A DNA stretch of 64,000 nucleotides from Bdellovibrionales bacterium (lineage in GTDB: Bacteria > Bdellovibrionota > UBA1018): NCBI GenBank assembly GCA_947380295.1, contig CANCQK010000011.1:27975-91974 (forward strand). Reading direction: 5' to 3'. A program made the position numbers and the translations under genes. The notes below the pieces were generated by a model, which saw only the letters and a program-made list of their open reading frames with translations, searched no databases and was not told the DNA's origin. Below, piece by piece: positions 1-7,509 of the stretch. Each line of letters begins with the position of its first letter. Position 1 is the stretch's first letter.

Positions 1-1
1 T

Positions 2-148
2 TTGGATGTTTTAAACGCTATGACTACCTATCAGGATGCTCAAAGACAAATGGATCGTCAGAGTTATGCGTTTAAATTAGACACCGTGAAGCTCAAAGCT
101 GCGACTGGTCAAAGACCTGAAATTGGTGTGACCCACCCTCAACACTGA
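2..148 (+). CDS. 3' end of an outer-membrane efflux factor (TolC-family-like) gene, partial at the window edge
   Basis: The frame is open from the window edge to the TGA at 146-148. The translation LDVLNAMTTYQDAQRQMDRQSYAFKLDTVKLKAATG resembles the C-terminal helical repeat of TolC-type factors. The gene ends 17 nt upstream of two RND pump genes. Confidence 0.45.
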   Translation: MDVLNAMTTYQDAQRQMDRQSYAFKLDTVKLKAATGQRPEIGVTHPQH

Positions 149-164
149 ACTGGGGACTGAATCT

Positions 165-3100
165 ATGAGTATATCTGAAATTTCGATTCGCCGACCCGTC
201 TTCGCCTGGATGTTGATGTTGGGCTTAATTCTTTTTGGAGCGATCTCATTTCAAAGAATGGGAATTAGTCAGATGCCGGATGTGAACTTTCCGGTCGTCA
301 ACATTGCCCTTCGCCTCGACAATGCCGCGCCTGAAGTGATGGAGGTCGATGTGGTGGACATCATTGAGGATGCCGTGATGGGGATCGAAGGGCTCCAGCG
401 GGTGACCTCGAGTGTCAGTCAAGGGATCGCCAACGTCACCTGCCAGTTTGAAATGAGCCATAACATTAACGTAGCGCTTCAGGAGGTTGTGGATCGGATT
501 CAGCAATCCTCTAATTTATTGCCAACTCTACTCTATCCCCCAGTAGTCACGAAAACGAATCCCGAGGACCAACCGATTCTTTGGGTGATGCTCACAGCCG
601 ACGAGACTGTCCCACTCTATCAGCAGATGATCTATGCGCGCAATACGTTAAAAGATCAGCTTTCGACCACCGCTGGTGTGGGGAATGTCACGTTTGCAGG
701 TTATGTTGAGCCCAATCTTAGAGTCTGGGTGGATCGCAAAAAGCTCTATCACTACAACCTAACCTCAGGAGATATCTGGAACGCAATTCAGTCTGAGCAA
801 GTTGAGCAACCTGCTGGACGGATCGAATCCGCCTTGACCGAGTCGAACATTCGGGTGTTGGGAGAAGCAAAAACGGCTGATGAATTTGGAAAAATTCGAA
901 TCAATACCCGAAATGGAGCGCCCAATTTTAATCCAATTCCTTTGAGTCAAGTTGCCAGAATCGAAGAAGGTGTCTCTGATATTCGTCAGATCTCGCGCTT
1001 CAATGGCAAAACCGCCGTAGGTTTGGGAATTGTAAAGCAACATGGCTCTAATGCCGTTGAGGTAGGGCGGCTGATTAAAAATAAAGTTGAACAGATTCAA
1101 AAAACTATTTTACCGGGCTATCAGGTCAAGGTGGAACTTGATACCACGAAGTTCATCGAAGAGTCCGTCCATGAGTTGAATCTCACACTGATCTTTTCGG
1201 CGATTCTGACGTCGATCGTCTGCTTCCTATTTCTAGGTTCTTGGTCATCTACAATTAATGTGTTTTTTGCAATTCCTACTTCGATTGTTGGCGCATTCAG
1301 TGCCTTGTACTTCTTTGGCTTTACGCTCAATACCTTCACTTTGCTGGGGCTGAGTCTCGCGATTGGAATCGTAGTAGATGACGCCATTATGATGTTGGAA
1401 AATATTGTCCGGCACTTTGAGATGGGAAAGACCCGTAGACAGGCTGCTCTTGAGGGTTCAAACGAAATTACATTTGCCGCTCTAGCAACGACTCTCGCGA
1501 TTGCAGCGATTTTCATTCCTGTCGTATTTATGAAGGGGGTTGTAGGTAAGTTTTTCTACCAGTATGGGATTACGGTGACAGTCGCCGTCTTTCTCTCGCT
1601 ATTAGAGGCCTTGACTCTCACTCCTATGAGGTGTGCTCGCTTTTTGCACTCAGGCAAGATGGGGACATCAAGTTGGTTTCTGAGAAAAATGGACGCTTTG
1701 ATGGATGGCCTCGCAGAAAAATATCGCCATGGCCTAGAGTGGTGTTTAGAACGTCGCACCTGGGTAGTGATCGTTTCTCTCGCTGTTTTTGCTGGTTCGA
1801 TCCTATTTCTCTTTACCTTGCGTAAGGAGTTGATCCCACCGCAGGATCAGTCCTTGTTTCTAATTTCGATCAAAACCCCAGCAGGAAACTCAATCCAAGC
1901 GACTGATGCTGTCTATAAAAAGGCGGAAGATTATCTAAGGGTTCAGCCTGAAATTAAAGATCTCTACACAACTATAGGTAATTATCAAAACAACAATGTC
2001 GTTAATGCAGGTGTGATTTACGTGATCTTAAAAGAGCCTAAGCGTCGATCACTCACTCAGCGCGAGATAATGGATCGAAGTAAGACAGACTTAAAGAGGA
2101 TACTTCCCAAAATTGAAGTCTCAACCCAGGACTTGTCTTTGACTGGATTCAGCGCATCGAGGGGGTTTCCGATCGAGTTTACGCTAGAAGGTCCGAATTG
2201 GGAAAAACTGATTGAATATTCTAAGGCTATCAATAATAGACTCGAGAAAACGGGATTGCTAGAAGATCTGAACACGGACTACCAGGTTGGGATGCCGGAA
2301 GTACAGGTCATTCCAAATCGAGCAAATGCGGCCCGTCACGGGGTTTCTGTGACGACGATCGCGCAAGAGGTAGGGCGTTTGATTGGAGGTCAGATTTTTA
2401 ACTCGAATACGCAATTCCCCAAGGACGAGCATCGTTACTACATTCGAGTTCGCTCAGAGCCGAAGAGTTGCGAGAAGCCGAGTGATATTTCCAGCCTCCT
2501 CTTAGGGAACGATCGAGGGACCGCAGGGACCTTAGTTCCACTCTCTAAGACTGCCGAGGTGAAGATCACGACTGGGCCTCAGCTTATCTCGCGGGTGAAT
2601 CGCAGTCGGGCCATTCCGGTTTTTGCAAATGTAGTACATGGGCAGTCTCAGCAGGCAGCGATGGAGGCCGTCATCAAAGTTGGAAAAGAGGTGTTGCCTC
2701 CTAATTTAGGCTATGAACTCAAAGTGACGGGAAGTGCTCAGGCATTTGAAGATGCATTTGAGGGCCTGATCTTTGCGCTCATTCTGGGTGTGGCGGTCGC
2801 TTATATGGTCCTTGCCTCTCAGTTCAATAGTTTCATTCATCCCGTGACAGTGCTCACTGCTCTTCCCTTTAGTTTATCGGGGGCATTGATTGCACTTTTT
2901 GTAACCCGCCAATCTTTGAGTCTCTACAGTATGATTGGGTTGATTCTCTTGATGGGGATTGTCAAAAAAAACTCCATTCTACTCGTGGACTTTACCAATC
3001 AGCGACGTGCAGCAGGGCTGAATCCGGTTCGTGCTCTTTTAGAAGCCTGTCCTGTTCGGTTGCGTCCTATTCTTATGACTTCGGTCGCGACGATTGCTGG

Positions 3101-3272
3101 AGCTATTCCTGAGGCCCTGAATTTTGGTGCTGGTGCTGAAACGCGGGTGCCGATGGCAATTTCCCTCATCGGGGGGGTTTTGCTTTCTACTGTGCTGACT
3201 TTGTTCGTTGTGCCCTGTGTTTACAGTTTGCTGACTCGCTTCGAACGCTCTGATGATGAGCTGGAGGCCTAA
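165..3272 (+). CDS. RND (AcrB/MdtB-type) efflux permease
   Basis: 1035-aa ORF. N-terminus MSISEISIRRPVFAWMLM. RND hallmark blocks GLSLAIGIVVDDAIMMLENIVRH and LLMGIVKKNSILLVDF. Two large loop regions lie between hydrophobic blocks. Confidence 0.93.
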   Translation: MSISEISIRRPVFAWMLMLGLILFGAISFQRMGISQMPDVNFPVVNIALRLDNAAPEVMEVDVVDIIEDAVMGIEGLQRVTSSVSQGIANVTCQFEMSHNINVALQEVVDRIQQSSNLLPTLLYPPVVTKTNPEDQPILWVMLTADETVPLYQQMIYARNTLKDQLSTTAGVGNVTFAGYVEPNLRVWVDRKKLYHYNLTSGDIWNAIQSEQVEQPAGRIESALTESNIRVLGEAKTADEFGKIRINTRNGAPNFNPIPLSQVARIEEGVSDIRQISRFNGKTAVGLGIVKQHGSNAVEVGRLIKNKVEQIQKTILPGYQVKVELDTTKFIEESVHELNLTLIFSAILTSIVCFLFLGSWSSTINVFFAIPTSIVGAFSALYFFGFTLNTFTLLGLSLAIGIVVDDAIMMLENIVRHFEMGKTRRQAALEGSNEITFAALATTLAIAAIFIPVVFMKGVVGKFFYQYGITVTVAVFLSLLEALTLTPMRCARFLHSGKMGTSSWFLRKMDALMDGLAEKYRHGLEWCLERRTWVVIVSLAVFAGSILFLFTLRKELIPPQDQSLFLISIKTPAGNSIQATDAVYKKAEDYLRVQPEIKDLYTTIGNYQNNNVVNAGVIYVILKEPKRRSLTQREIMDRSKTDLKRILPKIEVSTQDLSLTGFSASRGFPIEFTLEGPNWEKLIEYSKAINNRLEKTGLLEDLNTDYQVGMPEVQVIPNRANAARHGVSVTTIAQEVGRLIGGQIFNSNTQFPKDEHRYYIRVRSEPKSCEKPSDISSLLLGNDRGTAGTLVPLSKTAEVKITTGPQLISRVNRSRAIPVFANVVHGQSQQAAMEAVIKVGKEVLPPNLGYELKVTGSAQAFEDAFEGLIFALILGVAVAYMVLASQFNSFIHPVTVLTALPFSLSGALIALFVTRQSLSLYSMIGLILLMGIVKKNSILLVDFTNQRRAAGLNPVRALLEACPVRLRPILMTSVATIAGAIPEALNFGAGAETRVPMAISLIGGVLLSTVLTLFVVPCVYSLLTRFERSDDELEA

Positions 3273-3275
3273 ATC

Positions 3276-6200
3276 ATGATGAGCTTACCCGAACTCTCTA
3301 TTAGACGGCCTGTGCTGGCTTGGATGCTGCTTGCAGCAATTCTTGTTTTTGGAGGGCTTGCCTTTCATCGGTTGGGGATTAGTCAACTTCCTGATGTAGA
3401 TTTTCCCGTAGTTGGAGTTTCACTGAGCCTCCCTGGAGCTGCACCTGAAGTGATGGAGAGCCAGGTTCTTGATCCAATCGAAGACTCCATCATGCAGATC
3501 GACGGCATTAAAAATGTGACTTCTAGTGCTCAACAAAGTTCTGGATCGATTTCCATCGAGTTTGAACTCAGCAAAAATATCGACGATGCGATTCAGGAAG
3601 TAAACAACCACATCATTGAAGTGAAGAATCTCCTGCCGAATGGTCTTTTCCCTCCAGTTTTGAGGAAGACTAATCCTGAAGATATGCCCATTATGTGGCT
3701 CGGGCTCTCAACAGAGGATCCAAATCTCAAGCTGATTGACCTGATGATTTATGCAAAAAATCATCTTAAAAATCAGTTTGGTATGGTTCCTGGAGTTGGG
3801 AATATTGTGATCGGAGGCTATGTTGAGCCGGCACTACGGGTGTGGCTCAATACCGACAAAATGAATCGGCTGGATATGACCTCGGACGACATTCTTCAGG
3901 CGATTCAGCAGGAGCAGGTGGAGATTCCGTCGGGTGTACTGCAAAGCGATCAGAGCGAATATAACGTCCGAGTGATGGGAGAGAGTCAGAGTCCTGAGGA
4001 CTTCGGAAAGATCCGAATAAAAAGTCGAATTTCCCAAGGTCCAAATTATAAGCCCGCTCTACTGAATCAGGTGGCTCGAGTCGAAGAGGGAACTGCGGAC
4101 ATTCGAAGGATCTCCCGTGTGGATGGCCATCTTGCGGTTGGGTTAGGGATTATTAAACAGCATGGCTCCAATGCTGTTGAAGTGGCCTTGGCTGTAAAGA
4201 AAAAGCTGGACGAGCTCAAGCCATTAATTCCAAATCAATTTAAACTGAAAGTGAGAACGGACAATACCCGCTTTATTCGGCAATCTGTGAATCAACTTTT
4301 ATTTACTCTGATGCTTTCTGCACTCTTAACTTCCATCGTTTGCTATTTATTTCTCGGGTCTTGGACCTCGACCTTGAACGTGCTTTTGGCCATTCCGACC
4401 TCGATTGTAGGGACGTTTATTGCTTTTTATGCCTTTGGTTTTACGTTAAATACTTTTACTCTTTTGGGCCTGAGTCTTGCCATTGGAATTGTGGTGGATG
4501 ATGCCATCATGATGTTGGAGAATATTGTACGGCATCGTGAGCTAGGGAAAAAGAAAGTGGCTGCGGCTCTCCGGGGGGCAGAGGAGATCTCATTTGCGGC
4601 AATAGCAGCCACCATTGCCGTTGCAGCAATTTTTTTGCCGGTTGTATTCATGAAGGGAATTATTGGGAGGTACTTTCTCCAGTATGGTCTGACCGTAACC
4701 GTTGCGGTGCTTTTGTCTCTTCTGGAAGCGCTGACGCTTACTCCGATGCGGTGTTCTAGATATCTTGTTGTTGATCATTCACCTCGTGGAATTGCTCTTT
4801 TTATGGACCGGGGCTTTAAATGGCTCTCGGCAAAATACGCATCGCTTCTGTGTGTTCTCCTCGATCATCGATGGAAGACGCTTTTAGTGACCTTGGTGTT
4901 CTTTCTTGGCAGCTGCGTAGTAGGACGGGGGCTTCCGTCTGAAATGATGCCTGCGCAGGATCAGTCGATGTTTATGCTTCGGTTTAAGCTTCCGGTAGGA
5001 ACTTCTCTCAGCGTGACCAATCAAAAAATTAAACAGGTCGAAGACTATCTTCTTACTGTGCCAGAGATCTCAGGTTTTTTTAGCTCAGTCGGAGGATTTG
5101 GGGGAGATGCTGTGAATCAAGGCATGGCCTTTGTTTCTCTGGTGGACCGGGATCAGAGAAAAGCCTCTCAGGCTGAGGTGATTAAAAAAGTGAGGCAGCA
5201 CTCCAAAGGACTGGTTCCTGGTATGGAAACGGTTGTTCAGGATCTCTCACTTCGTGGTTTTGCCGCAACTCGTGGGTTTCCAGTCGAGTTCGTGATTCAA
5301 GGACCCAATTGGAATGAGTTAACGCAGCTCACTCAGAGAATCATAGGAAAAATGAAGGAGTCGGGCCGTGTGGTTGACGTGAACACGGATGTTCAGTCTG
5401 GTATGCCTCAGGTCGAGATTATTCCCATTCGAGCTAAGATGGCCCAACATGCGGTATCAGTCAGTACCGTGACTCAGGTGATTAATACTCTTATGGGGGG
5501 CGTGATCTTGAGCGGCAAGACCCAGTATCCAAAAGGGGACCATCGGTACGAGATCGAAGTCCGTCTGGAGGGAGAAGAGCGGTCCCAGATCCACGATCTC
5601 AAAACAGTGATGGTGAGAAACAACCGTGGCATGCGGGTGCCGCTTTCAGAATTGGTAGAGGTGAGGGAGAATCCTAGTCTCCTTCTGATTTCTCGACTGA
5701 ATCGATCTCGCGCAATCACAATCTATGGAAATCCTGCGCCTGGATATTCACAGCAACAGGCTATGGAATACACTGAGAGTCTTGCGCACTCGATGCTGCC
5801 TCCTGGCTATAGCATCAAAATGACGGGTGGCTCCCAGAGTTTTCGGGAGTCTTTTCAGAGTCTGATTGCAGCTTTGATCTTGGGAATTGTGGTTTCTTAT
5901 ATGGTTTTGGGATCGCAGTTTAATAGTTTTGTCCATCCCATTACTGTTTTAATGGCGTTGCCATTTAGTTTTTCAGGTGCGTTTATTGCGCTCGCTCTTA
6001 CTCATCAGTCGATCAATATGTACAGCATGATCGGGTTTATTCTCTTGATGGGGATTGTAAAAAAGAATTCAATTTTGTTGGTCGATTTCACGAATCAGTG
6101 TCGAGAGGAGGTTCATGATGTTCGCGAAGCCCTGATCAAAGCTTGTCCAGTTCGACTCCGTCCGATCATTATGACTTCAACTGCGACCGTTGCTGGAGCT

Positions 6201-6353
6201 CTGCCTGAGGCTCTGTCGCTTGGGCCTGGATCAGAAGCAATGATTCCCATGGCTGTTTCCATCATTGGAGGGGTGATCGCTTCGACAGTTTTGACATTGT
6301 TTGTGGTTCCTTGTGCTTACAGTTTGATCTCCCGCTGGGAGAGACGTGAATAG
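3276..6353 (+). CDS. RND efflux permease, tandem paralog (MdtB/MdtC-like arrangement)
   Basis: 1025-aa ORF that starts 4 nt after the previous stop. It carries the same conserved blocks (GLSLAIGIVVDDAIMMLENIVRH, LLMGIVKKNSILLVDFTNQ) as the upstream pump. Confidence 0.93.
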   Translation: MMSLPELSIRRPVLAWMLLAAILVFGGLAFHRLGISQLPDVDFPVVGVSLSLPGAAPEVMESQVLDPIEDSIMQIDGIKNVTSSAQQSSGSISIEFELSKNIDDAIQEVNNHIIEVKNLLPNGLFPPVLRKTNPEDMPIMWLGLSTEDPNLKLIDLMIYAKNHLKNQFGMVPGVGNIVIGGYVEPALRVWLNTDKMNRLDMTSDDILQAIQQEQVEIPSGVLQSDQSEYNVRVMGESQSPEDFGKIRIKSRISQGPNYKPALLNQVARVEEGTADIRRISRVDGHLAVGLGIIKQHGSNAVEVALAVKKKLDELKPLIPNQFKLKVRTDNTRFIRQSVNQLLFTLMLSALLTSIVCYLFLGSWTSTLNVLLAIPTSIVGTFIAFYAFGFTLNTFTLLGLSLAIGIVVDDAIMMLENIVRHRELGKKKVAAALRGAEEISFAAIAATIAVAAIFLPVVFMKGIIGRYFLQYGLTVTVAVLLSLLEALTLTPMRCSRYLVVDHSPRGIALFMDRGFKWLSAKYASLLCVLLDHRWKTLLVTLVFFLGSCVVGRGLPSEMMPAQDQSMFMLRFKLPVGTSLSVTNQKIKQVEDYLLTVPEISGFFSSVGGFGGDAVNQGMAFVSLVDRDQRKASQAEVIKKVRQHSKGLVPGMETVVQDLSLRGFAATRGFPVEFVIQGPNWNELTQLTQRIIGKMKESGRVVDVNTDVQSGMPQVEIIPIRAKMAQHAVSVSTVTQVINTLMGGVILSGKTQYPKGDHRYEIEVRLEGEERSQIHDLKTVMVRNNRGMRVPLSELVEVRENPSLLLISRLNRSRAITIYGNPAPGYSQQQAMEYTESLAHSMLPPGYSIKMTGGSQSFRESFQSLIAALILGIVVSYMVLGSQFNSFVHPITVLMALPFSFSGAFIALALTHQSINMYSMIGFILLMGIVKKNSILLVDFTNQCREEVHDVREALIKACPVRLRPIIMTSTATVAGALPEALSLGPGSEAMIPMAVSIIGGVIASTVLTLFVVPCAYSLISRWERRE

Positions 6354-6415
6354 TTTCCTAAATTAATATTCTAAAATTTCTTGACGGATTTTGCTGCAAG
6401 TGATTCAAGAAGTCT

Positions 6416-7453
6416 TTGTGTGATTGGTATGAATTTAGGGGTAAAAAATTGAAGAACTTTAATGGATTTGTACTTTTTAGTTTGCTCGCATGTTTTCTAG
6501 GACATGAGTCTTTTGCTAAGGAAATTCGGAGAATTTCGGCAAAGGAATTTAATGGCGAGACAGAGCGTTTTTACAGAGAATTTGCACAAGAACCCGTGAT
6601 TATTGAAGAGGCTTATGGTGATGATGACGAGCTCAAGTCTCTCACTCTCGATCGGGTAGAAGATTACTTCAAGGATCGAGTACTCTATGGATACAACCGT
6701 AAAAATGACGAAACAGGAAGAGTTCGAGAGGAAATTCCAGGTCCAGTTTTTTTTGCTGATTTAAAAAGAGGCGCATCTTCCTACTATGTTTTTGATCACG
6801 AGGTATCGGAGTCGCCATTTGCAGGACAGTTGGCGCCGCCATCATTTTTAGGTCAAAACTGGCTGGGTGAGGACCATAATTTGAGTCTCACTTTGTCTGG
6901 AAAAGGGAGCTTCACACCCTTTCACGAAGACGGTAGCGGCGAACAGGCCTGGATGTATTTGGTAACTGGAGAGAAACATTGGGTGATCTACCCACCTCAG
7001 TGTCGACCGCTGGTTTGGGATTCACTCTATAAAGATTTTTTCAATCCGAGAAAGTCGGATCGCTCGAGATTTCCCTATCTGAGCTGCGCAGATGCAGAAC
7101 GACTGACTGCCGTTGCACGTGCTGGCGATTTGATTTTCCTTCCTCCGGGGTGGATTCACCAGGTTTTGACTACAGAGGATTCCTTCGGCATCGGGGGAAA
7201 TATTGTGAACGAGTTCCAGGCGCTTGCTTCCGTGGCTACTGGGCTAAATGAAAAGTCCCATGCGCTACGACACGACTTCGATCTAACTCAATTGGTTCTT
7301 GGCAAAAGAGGCCAGTCCGTCACTGAGTATGGTCAAGGCCAGGTCAATCAGGCAATCGAGTTGATTGAAGTCTGGAGTCACCGGATTCGTGACAAGAGTG
7401 ATCAGCTCGTGCCGCTGTTGGCCGGCGTTCGGTCTGAAAGTGGATCCAATTGA
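6416..7453 (+). CDS. JmjC/cupin-type Fe(II)/2-oxoglutarate oxygenase-like protein with an N-terminal signal-like segment
   Basis: FTPFHEDGSGEQAWMYLVTGEKHWVIYPP together with PPGWIHQV fits the JmjC HxD...H metal triad and cupin core. FVLFSLLACFLGHESFA looks like a Sec signal peptide. The start is uncertain: TTG at 6416, or TTG at 6449 preceded by AGGGG. Confidence 0.7.
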   Translation: MCDWYEFRGKKLKNFNGFVLFSLLACFLGHESFAKEIRRISAKEFNGETERFYREFAQEPVIIEEAYGDDDELKSLTLDRVEDYFKDRVLYGYNRKNDETGRVREEIPGPVFFADLKRGASSYYVFDHEVSESPFAGQLAPPSFLGQNWLGEDHNLSLTLSGKGSFTPFHEDGSGEQAWMYLVTGEKHWVIYPPQCRPLVWDSLYKDFFNPRKSDRSRFPYLSCADAERLTAVARAGDLIFLPPGWIHQVLTTEDSFGIGGNIVNEFQALASVATGLNEKSHALRHDFDLTQLVLGKRGQSVTEYGQGQVNQAIELIEVWSHRIRDKSDQLVPLLAGVRSESGSN

Positions 7454-7509
7454 AACTATTCAGGTCGGGTCAACGTTGAATGTCTCTCTGCCTCGTGTAC
7501 AATTGACCT

